A stretch of 64,000 nucleotides of DNA from Candidatus Nitrospinota bacterium M3_3B_026 (GTDB taxonomy: Bacteria; Nitrospinota_A; UBA7883; JBPRGF01), in NCBI GenBank assembly GCA_051418015.1, contig JBPRGF010000009.1:1-64000 (forward strand), written 5' to 3'. The notes under the pieces were generated by a model, which was given only the letters and a program-made list of their open reading frames with translations, ran no database searches and had not been told where the DNA came from. How positions within the stretch are numbered: the first letter of the stretch is position 1; the number at the start of each line of letters is the position of its first letter. Made by a program: the position numbers and the translations under genes. This document shows, piece after piece, positions 47,426-56,234 of this stretch.

Positions 47426-48628
47426 TCAGGAGCCGGGAGGGGTGAACAGCACGTCGTCGTTCGGAAGGAAGACGTCCGGGCCGGTGGAGTAGAGCGCGAC
47501 TTCTCCGTCGCTTTTTTCGAACCTGTAAGGGTTGTTCCAGGGATCCAGGAGGTCCGGTTGGCGGATGATTCCAGCTTTGGCGAGCTGGTCCAGACTTTCG
47601 GGCAGTCCGCCGCGCAGGACGTTATATATTTCGAGCCCCCTTGCTATTTTCTTGAGGCCGCCCCTCGCCTGAATGGCGTTCACCCGCGACATGCCGCTCT
47701 TTTGCGCCTCGATGAGCTCCGGCCACCTGGCCATCTGCCAGTACAGCCCGCCCACCACCACCGCAAGCAGCGCGGCGGTGATGACAAGGCGCATCGTGAG
47801 CCCGGCGCGGTCCGCTGTCTTCGTTTCCTCTTTTTTCTTTTTGGCGGGTTTTATTATCCCGAGTTCCAGGAGGCTTTTGATCGCCTCCAGCGACTCAAAA
47901 CTCCCCTGCCGGGCGGAGTCCAGCGTCTCCCGGATGCTTTTGCCCTGGCCGATGACGGAGAGGACGGCGACCTGCTGGTCCGAGAGCGTGACGCCCCGGG
48001 CGCTCAATATGTCGTACTCCAAAGACGAGCGGAAATCCCCTTGCGCGTTCTCCCGCGGCTTGGCGGCCAGCGAGTCGTCCTCCTCTTCCTCGCCGATTAT
48101 GTTTTTCACGATGAACGTGTCGAAAGGGGGGAGCCCCGCCGCCACCCTGGGCCACTCGTCGGCGACCCTGCACCCCTCCATCAGCAGCGCGTCCACGTCC
48201 ATCGGCGTCATCACCTTGTTGTTGTACTTGACGCCCTTCATGGGGGCGAACTCGTATTCCCCCTTTTTCCAGCGCAGGGCATAGTAGACGTTGTCGATCA
48301 CCTGGCGGCGGATGAACTCCACCAGGGTCTGCGTGCTGATCCTTCTTGCCAGGATGTCCCAGTACGGCTTGAGCTTGTCCTCGTGCTCCTTTTTGACCGC
48401 GCTCCACTCCTGCGGGGATATGACGGCGTTGGAGACCAGGCTTCCCCCCAGCCTGGTTTCGTCCCTTTGCGGGGAGCTTTCGGCGTATATGATGGCGCCG
48501 TTGTCGAAGGTGATCCTGACCGTCTCGTCCTTTTCGGTCAGCGTCAGCCTGCCGGTTTTTCCCTCCAGCTTTATCATCTGGAGTATGTTCATGATGTTGA
48601 AGTCGTCGAGACTTCCCTTCAGCGCCAT
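47426..48628 (-). CDS. PATAN (DUF4388)-domain protein with single TM helix and C-terminal type II secretion GspG-like pseudopilin domain
   Basis: N-terminal MALKGSLDDFNIMNILQMIKLEGKTGRL (DUF4388/PATAN); TM helix LTMRLVITAALLAVVVGGLYW; C-terminal LLDPWNNPYRFEKSDGEVALYSTGPD resembles the GspG C-terminal motif; ATG 48628 overlaps the upstream stop (ATGA). Confidence 0.6.
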   Translation of the reverse strand: MALKGSLDDFNIMNILQMIKLEGKTGRLTLTEKDETVRITFDNGAIIYAESSPQRDETRLGGSLVSNAVISPQEWSAVKKEHEDKLKPYWDILARRISTQTLVEFIRRQVIDNVYYALRWKKGEYEFAPMKGVKYNNKVMTPMDVDALLMEGCRVADEWPRVAAGLPPFDTFIVKNIIGEEEEDDSLAAKPRENAQGDFRSSLEYDILSARGVTLSDQQVAVLSVIGQGKSIRETLDSARQGSFESLEAIKSLLELGIIKPAKKKKEETKTADRAGLTMRLVITAALLAVVVGGLYWQMARWPELIEAQKSGMSRVNAIQARGGLKKIARGLEIYNVLRGGLPESLDQLAKAGIIRQPDLLDPWNNPYRFEKSDGEVALYSTGPDVFLPNDDVLFTPPGS

Positions 48629-50538
48629 CAGTAGTAGTCCTTCATGAATACCGTGTTCATCGCCAGCCAGTACAGGGCCGCCGCCGCGAGGAAGACGGCG
48701 TGCTCCCTGGCGAGTTCGGCCGACAGGGGCGTTTTGTATATCACAAGCTCGGAGCCTATCATGGCCACGGCGTACACAAGCATAACGCTGGTTATGAAGG
48801 TGAGCGGAAAGCCAGCCGCGGCCTCGTGGTGGTAGGATCTTCCGACGCCGGGGAGGAGCCTGTCCAGCCATCCGGCGGTCCTGTTCCTTTTTCTCGCGAA
48901 CTGGCGCATTTCCTTTCGTTTCCTGTCCTTTTTCGCGCTCGACACTCCCCCCTTGCTGAGCGTGGCTGCCACGCACTGGTTGCACTTCGGGAAAGGCGAG
49001 GCCAGGCGTATGGGAGGACGGAAGGGCGTCCCGCAGGAGGCGCAGACCTGGTGGGAGAGCCTCCTGTTCCAGAAGAGGGCCGCCGCGCCGAGCAGCAGGA
49101 CGAAGCCGGCGGACGCCCACCTGTAGAGCTCTTTCGATACGGGGCCGAAATAGACGCTCCACAAAACATCGGCGACGGTCTCCGTTTCCCGCGCCATGGC
49201 CCGCTCATAGCGGGAGAGGTCCCTGGATGTTATGGGAAAGTCGGCCACCTTGTTCTCGCTCCCCTCGCCGGTCGCCTCCACGAGCTCCCTTGTCCTGTCC
49301 AGGTCTATGGACAGGGCGATGTTGTACTCTTTTTCGGAGTCCTTGGTCTTGGCCATGAAAGCGTAGGCGTTCGACAGGTTGAAATGCGCCTCCACCGACC
49401 GCGGGTCGGCCTTGATGGCTTTCTCGTACATGTCGACGGTCTTGTCATATTCCTTCGCCAGGAAGTAGACGTTGCCCTTGTTGACCAGCGCCCGGACGTT
49501 GTCCGGGTCTTTTTCGAGCATCATGTCGTAATACCCGATGGCGGCGTCCTTGTCCTGCCTGAGCTTGTTGAGGTAGCCGAGGGCGAAGGCGGCTATTCCG
49601 GCGTCGGGGTTTTTCTCAAGCTCTTGCTCCAGCCTTTTTTTGGTCGAGTAGTCCCAGGTGTTTTCGGAGAGCAGATAGAGCGCCCTGTATGTCTCCGCGT
49701 CCGGCAGGGTCACGCCCCGGGCCATGTAATGGAAGGTGTAGGGGCCGGAGAAGAGGAACAGGACGAAAAGCGCGACCACTGCCTTCCCCCCCGTCTTGAG
49801 GTACGGCCACAGGAACAGCGGGATGGCCAGCAGGAAGACGAGCCATCCGCCCACCGCCAGCGGGACCAGCAGGACGAGCGCTCCCATCACGGCCTTCCAC
49901 GCCCCCTCGGGATGGGTGGGGATGAAATCGGTGATGTCCGACAGCAGGGCCCTGTAGTTCTTCGCCGCGCAGGCCAGAAAGGTGAGCAGGAAGGCCACCA
50001 GCAATGCCATGTATGCGTATCTGGCGGCGGCGGCTATGAACTTGCCGCGCTGTATCCTGTTCGAGAAAAGCGCCCTCACCCCGGCCGCGGCCTGGGCCCC
50101 GGCGTTTTTGACGTCCGTCTTGTCGCGCGCGATGATGGCGTGGGCCAGGAAAAAACGCGCCCGGGGATGGTCCGGCGCGAACATGACGGCGTGCTGGGCG
50201 GCGGTCACCGCGGTTTCGCCGTCCCCTTTATCGAGGGTCTCCCTCCCGACAGCCAGGGCGATGTCCGCCAGCGGGAAAAGGTTCCTCGTTCCAAGGTCCC
50301 GCATGGTGTTGAGTATTCTGTTGGCCTCGTCGAAGGCGCCGAGCCCGTCCCCGTCCTCGATGCGCTCCATCCAGCCCGTGAAAGCCTCCCCGAGCTCCCC
50401 GTTGGAGGCCAGGTCCTCGATCTTGAGCGCCTCTGCGCGGAAATAGCGTCCGTCTTTTATCCGGTCCTCACCGGAGGCGGGCGCGGCTGCCGAGAAAAGA
50501 AGCGCGAGGAAGGCCGCGAGCGCGGCGGTCAGTTTCAT
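48628..50538 (-). CDS. TPR-repeat polytopic membrane protein with Cys4 zinc-ribbon
   Basis: Signal/TM MKLTAALAAFLALLFSAAAPASG; several TPR units (AHFNLSNAYAF, ALVNKGNVYFL); CASCG...CNQC; 4-5 TM helices; start uncertain (ATG 50538 versus GTG 50589). Confidence 0.6.
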   Translation of the reverse strand: MKLTAALAAFLALLFSAAAPASGEDRIKDGRYFRAEALKIEDLASNGELGEAFTGWMERIEDGDGLGAFDEANRILNTMRDLGTRNLFPLADIALAVGRETLDKGDGETAVTAAQHAVMFAPDHPRARFFLAHAIIARDKTDVKNAGAQAAAGVRALFSNRIQRGKFIAAAARYAYMALLVAFLLTFLACAAKNYRALLSDITDFIPTHPEGAWKAVMGALVLLVPLAVGGWLVFLLAIPLFLWPYLKTGGKAVVALFVLFLFSGPYTFHYMARGVTLPDAETYRALYLLSENTWDYSTKKRLEQELEKNPDAGIAAFALGYLNKLRQDKDAAIGYYDMMLEKDPDNVRALVNKGNVYFLAKEYDKTVDMYEKAIKADPRSVEAHFNLSNAYAFMAKTKDSEKEYNIALSIDLDRTRELVEATGEGSENKVADFPITSRDLSRYERAMARETETVADVLWSVYFGPVSKELYRWASAGFVLLLGAAALFWNRRLSHQVCASCGTPFRPPIRLASPFPKCNQCVAATLSKGGVSSAKKDRKRKEMRQFARKRNRTAGWLDRLLPGVGRSYHHEAAAGFPLTFITSVMLVYAVAMIGSELVIYKTPLSAELAREHAVFLAAAALYWLAMNTVFMKDYY

Positions 50539-50585
50539 TTGGCGGAACACTCGGCGGTCCGAAAGGTTCAGTCGCCCGTCGTCCT

Positions 50586-51086
50586 TCACTCCTTGAACAT
50601 GTCGTCCAGCCTGTCTTTGACCGAATCGGAGTAGCCGGACTCGAGCTGTTGTTTCTGCACCACCCTTTTCGATGCGATGTCGAATATCTTCTCCAGCTTG
50701 GCCGTCAATTCCTTGGAGTAGAGGTTCACCATGCCCACGGTCGTCTTCTCGTCAAAGACTATGGCGCTTATCGCCCTGTCGCCGACGAGGGATATGTGGA
50801 TGTGGTCTTTCTTTCCCTGGTGGAACATCACGGCGAACTCCGTCTCGCCAAGAAGGCGCGCGAGCTCCTTGGTGGCGGCGAAAGCCCCCGCCACGAGGGC
50901 CGAAAGCGACTGCGGATTAATGGTCTGCGTGCTGCCCTTCTGGGTGACCAGGTGGCCTTCCTTGTCTATCAGGAAGATGCACTTGGCGTTGGACAGCTTC
51001 AGGAACTCTTCCAGGAGTTTCTCTATCTGGTCGAAGTCCTCTTTGTAGTAGATAAGCCGCTTGTCCCGGAGCTGCTCGTCTTTCAT
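50586..51086 (-). CDS. Roadblock/LC7-domain protein (MglB-like)
   Basis: Roadblock fold signature CIFLIDKEGHLVTQKG...VGDRAISAIVFDEKTTVGMV. Confidence 0.7.
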   Translation of the reverse strand: MKDEQLRDKRLIYYKEDFDQIEKLLEEFLKLSNAKCIFLIDKEGHLVTQKGSTQTINPQSLSALVAGAFAATKELARLLGETEFAVMFHQGKKDHIHISLVGDRAISAIVFDEKTTVGMVNLYSKELTAKLEKIFDIASKRVVQKQQLESGYSDSVKDRLDDMFKE

Positions 51087-51104
51087 TCGATCGACCCGGC
51101 CTTT

Positions 51105-52331
51105 CTAAAGGTTCTCGCTGTAGATATCGATGTCGGCCTGCTCCCGGAGTTTGCCGAAAAACTCCTCCAGCAGGTTTCGCTTGCGCTGGCCCTTTATTCT
51201 GGCCACGACTTCGCTTTTCACGCTTTCCAGCGGCGCTCCGCCGAACCTGCCGGCGTTGGCCCCGTAAAAGCTTTTCACCTCGCCTTCCGTTATCCTGAGC
51301 CTCTCGTTGAGGTTCGGGATCACTTCCCTTATTATCTTGCCGATTATGACGTTCTTGGTGGCCTCGTTGCGCAGATTGTCGAGGCTGAGCTTTCTGCCGG
51401 AGAGGTATCTGTCCATCTGCTCCTGGGAGGTGAAACGTTTCGTGAAACTCTTTATCTGCGCCTCAACCTCGTCCCTGGGCGCCTGAATCTGACGCTTCTT
51501 GGCGTCTTGTAATAATAGAACATAGTTTATGAGCGACTCAAGAAGTTTCTTTTTCTCCTCCGGCGTGAACTTTTTGAAGTCCTCCACCTCGTCGCTCTTG
51601 GCGCCCAGCCGGTACTGAGCCTGGCAGTACTGGTTGAAATAGGACCTGGATATCCTGTCCGCGTTGACCTTGGCGACGTAGATCTCCTTTTTCTCCTCCG
51701 GCTTCTTCTCCTTTTTGGCTTTTTTCACCGCTTCGGCCACGGCTCCGGGCTCCTTGGCGTTTAGCCGGTCGAGTATCATCGAGGCGGTAAGCTTCAGCGT
51801 GCCGAGCACCCCCTCACCGGTGGCCGCGACGGCCTCGGTGGTGGGCGCGCCCATCCAGTTTATCTTCTCGTCCAGCTCCTCCACGCTCATGGCGGTGGGC
51901 AGGTCCCGCTTGTTCCACTGGATCACCAGGGGAATCTGCTCGATCTTCAGGCCGTACTCTTCCAGGTTTTTCTTGAGGTCCTCCAGCGACTCTATGTTCT
52001 CCGCCAGCTTGTCCTTCTGCGAGTCGGCGACGAATATGACGCCGTCCGCCCCCTGCAGGACGAGCTTGCGGGTGGAGGAGTAGTAGACCTGGCCGGGGAC
52101 GGTGTAGAGCTGGAACTTCGTGTTCATCCCCCGCACCTGGCCAAGGTCCAGGGGCAAAAAGTCGAAAAAGAGTGTCCTGTCGCCCTCGGTGGCTATGGAG
52201 GTCATCTCGCCCTTGCTCTGGTCAGGCACCTTGGTGTGGACCACCTCGAGGTTCGTCGTCTTCCCGCTCATGCCGGGACCGTAATACACCAGCTTGCAGG
52301 ATACCTCCCGCTTAGCGTAGTTTATCTGCAT
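51105..52331 (-). CDS. mglA: MglA-family Ras-like small GTPase with about 210-aa C-terminal extension
   Basis: N-terminal 195 aa align to MglA (YGPGMSGKTTNL P-loop, DFLPLDLGQVRGMNTKFQLYTVPGQVYY, IQWNKRDLP); the extension is Lys/Glu-rich and SurA-N/PpiD-like by motif resemblance only. Confidence 0.75.
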   Translation of the reverse strand: MQINYAKREVSCKLVYYGPGMSGKTTNLEVVHTKVPDQSKGEMTSIATEGDRTLFFDFLPLDLGQVRGMNTKFQLYTVPGQVYYSSTRKLVLQGADGVIFVADSQKDKLAENIESLEDLKKNLEEYGLKIEQIPLVIQWNKRDLPTAMSVEELDEKINWMGAPTTEAVAATGEGVLGTLKLTASMILDRLNAKEPGAVAEAVKKAKKEKKPEEKKEIYVAKVNADRISRSYFNQYCQAQYRLGAKSDEVEDFKKFTPEEKKKLLESLINYVLLLQDAKKRQIQAPRDEVEAQIKSFTKRFTSQEQMDRYLSGRKLSLDNLRNEATKNVIIGKIIREVIPNLNERLRITEGEVKSFYGANAGRFGGAPLESVKSEVVARIKGQRKRNLLEEFFGKLREQADIDIYSENL

Positions 52332-52368
52332 TCTCGATCAACCTTCAGAGCGTAAAGGCCCGCCGCTG

Positions 52369-52731
52369 TCACACTTCGATCCGGCCGGTTTTCTTGATCT
52401 CGTTGGCGGCCTGGAAAAGCGCCACGTTCACCTTGCCCGGGTCGACTTCCAGCTCCGTGATGGCGATGAGCACGGATTTGCCGAGATCCACGACATAAAT
52501 CCGCTTCTGGTTAGACTGAATTATATACCGCGTGAATTCGTTGTGCCCCATGTTTTTGAGGGCGTTTTTTATGTTCTGGGCGATCTGCGACATGAAAGCC
52601 CCCAGCGTCTCGGCGGTCTCGGGATCGTCCAGGTTGGACTCTATGACCATCCCCTCCTTGGTTATTATCAGCGCGCCAAGCATGTAGTCGCTGTTGCAGA
52701 GTACCTTGAGAATAGACTTTAAGGTGTTCAC
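52369..52731 (-). CDS. Roadblock/LC7-domain protein (MglB-like)
   Basis: MLGALIITKEGMVIES...VLIAITELEVDPGKVN roadblock signature; 120 aa. Confidence 0.75.
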   Translation of the reverse strand: MNTLKSILKVLCNSDYMLGALIITKEGMVIESNLDDPETAETLGAFMSQIAQNIKNALKNMGHNEFTRYIIQSNQKRIYVVDLGKSVLIAITELEVDPGKVNVALFQAANEIKKTGRIEV

Positions 52732-52846
52732 ACGTCGTCTCCGCTCAGAAGCGGCCCTCGCGCCCGCGGCCCGGCGGCCTTGCGGGCAGCCCTAAAGGTG
52801 TTCACGCGCCTGTTCCCCCGCCGGTCCCCGGCCCTTCGCGGCGGCC

Positions 52847-53812
52847 TCAACCGGCCACCTCCTCCAGATAGCGTTGTATGCGTTTCTCCACCGCCGAAAG
52901 GTTCGCGTCGTTGTCCACGACCACGGCTATCGTGGCGTAGAACGCGTTGGCGATGATTATTGTGCCGATGGGGCTGACGAGGGTCCCCCTCTGGAAGCTG
53001 CCGTTGCCAAGCCTTCGCGTGGCGTTCATGGAGGTCTTGTAAAGGTTGAAGACGAACGAGGGTATGATGTTCTCGTCGAGCCCGGCCCTGTTTATGATCT
53101 TTATCGGCTGCCCGTTCCTGTCCAGCAGGAAAAGGGCGTTCAGACCTTCGAGCCTGCTGAATATCGTGAGCTTGGCGCTCATCGCCTCCTGCGCGTGCAG
53201 GTCCTCGGCCTCCTCCTCGCCGCCTATGATGACCTTCTCGTCCATGGCCGGGGCGGCGGCCCGGGGGGCTTTTTCCACCTCGGCGCGCAGCGCCTGGTCT
53301 ATTATGACCTCTCCGGCCCCCTCCTCACCAAGCTCCTCGGTCTCCCCCTCCTGCGTTTCCTCCTTCTTCACGGCCTCCTTCGCGGCGGCCTTCTCCTCCT
53401 TCTCCCTGACGATGTTCATCAGGGAGACGGCCCGCTCGTCGTCGGGGGCGGTCTCGAGAATGTCCGTCAACAGCGCCTTGGCGCGCTTTCTCGCGCCGGC
53501 CTTGAGGTATATCTGGCTGGAGAGCAGCTTGGCCAGGTAGTTCCCCGGGTCGAGCTTCAGCGTCTTCTCGAGGCTGCCCAGGGCCGCCTTCAGGTCGTCC
53601 GGCCTGCCCTTCTTGTTGTAGCGGGTGATGAAGGTCTCCGCCCTGGCCATATGGACGGCGCTGTTGTTCGGAAACCTGGAAAGCGCCTTCTCCAGCACGC
53701 TAAGGGCGAGGGCCGTCTCCCCCAGTTTCCTTAGCTGCTTGGCTATCCTCGCGTAAGCGATGGCGGCCGCCGGCTGGACGCTTTTGCCGGGGGGGCTCTC
53801 CTGTGCGGTCAT
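52847..53812 (-). CDS. TPR-repeat protein fused to C-terminal roadblock/LC7-like domain
   Basis: N-terminal TPRs (ALSVLEKALSRFPNNS...); C-terminal LFLLDRNGQPIKIINRAGL...GTIIIANAFYATIAVVVDND roadblock-like. Confidence 0.55.
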   Translation of the reverse strand: MTAQESPPGKSVQPAAAIAYARIAKQLRKLGETALALSVLEKALSRFPNNSAVHMARAETFITRYNKKGRPDDLKAALGSLEKTLKLDPGNYLAKLLSSQIYLKAGARKRAKALLTDILETAPDDERAVSLMNIVREKEEKAAAKEAVKKEETQEGETEELGEEGAGEVIIDQALRAEVEKAPRAAAPAMDEKVIIGGEEEAEDLHAQEAMSAKLTIFSRLEGLNALFLLDRNGQPIKIINRAGLDENIIPSFVFNLYKTSMNATRRLGNGSFQRGTLVSPIGTIIIANAFYATIAVVVDNDANLSAVEKRIQRYLEEVAG

Positions 53813-54146
53813 CTTATCCCGGGGTTATCGCGGAGTTCAAAAAAGTTCGCTCCCTTTGCGTGGAACAAGCCCGGCGGGCCATAAAAATCCTCTTGAAATC
53901 CAATAGTTATCCACGCATTACTTGACTGCCGTATTCTAGCTACGGGGGCGAAGCTTTGTCAAATACATTTAATTATCGTATAAGTTGCTTAAATGTTTGT
54001 AAATTTAAATGTACCGCGAAGGGATGGCGGAACGAAGAAAACACGCGCGCGAACCCGCGGGACGCTGGCCGAAAAGGCGTCTTTACATGGCCTGCGCAAT
54101 CTAATAGAGTAAAACACAAGGCTTGTTCTGAAAGGGGAAAAGAGAA

Positions 54147-54341
54147 ATGTTCGGTATAGGAATGCCCGAGCTCATTATCATCCTTGTTATCCTGCTCGTG
54201 ATCTTCGGAGCCAGCAGACTGCCGGAGATAGGCGCGGGTCTGGGTAAGGGGATAAAGAATTTCAAAAAGTCGGTAAGCGACACCGAAAAGGAGCTCAAGT
54301 CGCCCGAAGACTCGGTCGAGAAAGAGAAAGGCGGCTCCTGA
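54147..54341 (+). CDS. tatA: Sec-independent protein translocase subunit TatA/E
   Basis: [41 protein letters not shown]. Confidence 0.9.
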   Translation: MFGIGMPELIIILVILLVIFGASRLPEIGAGLGKGIKNFKKSVSDTEKELKSPEDSVEKEKGGS

Positions 54342-54360
54342 AGGCCTGAAAAAACCGCTC

Positions 54361-54666
54361 ATGGCGATGGAAAAGGAGTTCAGGATAACCTGCCCGTGTT
54401 GCGATACCATCCTCATCGTGAGCAGGGCGGAGGGGAAGATACTGGAGACGAGAGCGCCCATTATCGAAAAGTCCACCGGCGACAGGCTCCAGGACGCCTT
54501 CCTGAAAGCGGAAAAGGACAGGCGGGCGCGTGAGGCGGCGTTCGACAACATCAAGGAGACGCTGGACAGAAAGAAAAAGAGCGCCGATGACCTTTTCCGC
54601 GCCTCGCTGGAGGAGGCCCGCGGCGACGAGGGCGAAAAACCTCCTTCCATCTTTGACGCGGACTGA
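54361..54666 (+). CDS. Hypothetical small protein with CxCC motif and charged C-terminus
   Basis: 101 aa, 19 nt downstream of tatA; no recognisable family. Confidence 0.4.
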   Translation: MAMEKEFRITCPCCDTILIVSRAEGKILETRAPIIEKSTGDRLQDAFLKAEKDRRAREAAFDNIKETLDRKKKSADDLFRASLEEARGDEGEKPPSIFDAD

Positions 54667-54784
54667 TCCCCCCGCGCCCGCCACGGGCGAGCGCTTCCCC
54701 CGGACGGGCGTTCCCAGAATCCCGCCGTTTCTTTGAAAAACCCGGAAAGGCTATAATGCGGCAGTCTCTTCTGGTTCTCAACTG

Positions 54785-56221
54785 ATGGAAGACCGCTTCA
54801 GCAAAAACCTTGCCATAGCGGACCGGCGTTTCCCCGCCGCGGCGCGGGCGGCCAGGTCGGCGGACGATTCGATAACCCTGGTACCCTCGAAGTCCGGCGC
54901 GATGACCGGCAGGGCTGGCGCCGTGTGGCTCGCCAGCCGCTACGACCCCGTCCGCGAGGCGGAGACCTTCGCGAAGGGGCAGGACATAAAACCCGGCGCC
55001 AGCGTCGCCCTTTACGGCGTCGGGCTCGGCTACCATCTGCGCCCACTGCTCGACGCCGCCGGCCCCGGCGGAAAAGTCATGGCGGCGGAGGCGAACGGGG
55101 CCGTCCTGAGGGCGGCGCTCAAGATCATCGGCCCCGGCGTTCTTGAAGACCCCCGCCTCGGGATCGTGGCGGCGCCGGGCAAGGAGGAGTTCCTTTCGTT
55201 GTGGGCGGATGCGTTCGGCGCCCTGGACGGGCGGGGGGCGAAGGTGGTGGTCCATGGCCCCTCCACGAGGGCCATCCCCGCCGGGTTCGAAGATGTCTCG
55301 AACGCCGTGGAGATGATAAGGATAGACAGGAGATTCCCTTTCGTCATGGGACCCCTGGAAAGGGAGAACCTGGGCCGGAACCTCCCCAGGCTGCTGCGCT
55401 CTCCCGGCGTCGGCCGTCTTGCGGGCCTGTTCCGGGGCGAACCTGTGGCCATAGTAGGCGGCGGCCCCTCGCTGGATGGGCAGGCGGCGTTTTTCGCGTT
55501 CCAGGACAGGATGCGTATTTTCACGAGCGACACGGCCCTGCCGGCGCTTCTCGAACACGGCGTGGAGCCGGACCTGGTGTTCAGCGTCGACCCGCAGGAA
55601 GACTCCCTGCTCCACTTCGTCCTTGCCGGACGGTTCGACCTGCCCCTTGTCCTGACGCCGACGGCCTGCGCGGGGCTGGTGGAACGCTGGGAAGGGCCGC
55701 TGATCTTCGGCTTCAAAAGCCCGGACAGATATCCGGCCCCGGCGGACCGGTGGGCGGAGAGGATGGGGTCGTTCGAATCCGGCGGGTCCGTCTCCTGCGT
55801 GGCTTTCGAGACGGCGCTCATTTCGCGCGCTTCAACTGTTATCATGCTGGGGCTGGATTTCGGCGCCCCCGGCGGGCGTGGCTACGCCTCCGGGACGGCG
55901 CCTGACATCCTCGGCGCGGCGCCGTGGAACCCTAAGGAGACCGTCATGGAGAAAAACTGTTTCGGAGAGGATGTCCCTTCGTCGGCGCTTTTGAACTCCT
56001 ACCGGAGGGAGTTCGAAAGACTCGCCGCCGGGGCGGACGCCCGGGTGGTGAACATCTCCGGACGGGGCGTTCGCGCCGATGGAGTTCAAGCCGCGCCGTC
56101 TCCCCTGCCTTATATCGCCGACGCCGGAAGGAAGGGAAGGGCGGATTTCAAAAAATTTCAACCGGAGCCCGCGGGAGGAGATGTCGCGCAGGCGTTTGAG
56201 AAATGGCTGAAAGACTCGTAA
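54785..56221 (+). CDS. DUF115 / MptE-like (motility accessory factor Maf-like) protein, second copy
   Basis: VAIVGGGPSLDGQ glycine-rich motif and DUF115 architecture; paralogous to 3305..4222. Confidence 0.5.
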   Translation: MEDRFSKNLAIADRRFPAAARAARSADDSITLVPSKSGAMTGRAGAVWLASRYDPVREAETFAKGQDIKPGASVALYGVGLGYHLRPLLDAAGPGGKVMAAEANGAVLRAALKIIGPGVLEDPRLGIVAAPGKEEFLSLWADAFGALDGRGAKVVVHGPSTRAIPAGFEDVSNAVEMIRIDRRFPFVMGPLERENLGRNLPRLLRSPGVGRLAGLFRGEPVAIVGGGPSLDGQAAFFAFQDRMRIFTSDTALPALLEHGVEPDLVFSVDPQEDSLLHFVLAGRFDLPLVLTPTACAGLVERWEGPLIFGFKSPDRYPAPADRWAERMGSFESGGSVSCVAFETALISRASTVIMLGLDFGAPGGRGYASGTAPDILGAAPWNPKETVMEKNCFGEDVPSSALLNSYRREFERLAAGADARVVNISGRGVRADGVQAAPSPLPYIADAGRKGRADFKKFQPEPAGGDVAQAFEKWLKDS

Positions 56222-56234
56222 GACAGGGAAGGGG

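Noticed and set aside
53813-54146. Search for a sigma-54 promoter (TGGCAC-N5-TTGC) upstream of the mgl/roadblock cluster and tatA, prompted by the sigma-54 activator at 62.4-63.8 kb.
   Set aside because: No convincing -24/-12 match was found by eye. Only a plausible sigma-70-like TTGTCA-17-TATAAG lies ahead of tatA. A position-weight-matrix scan would be needed.
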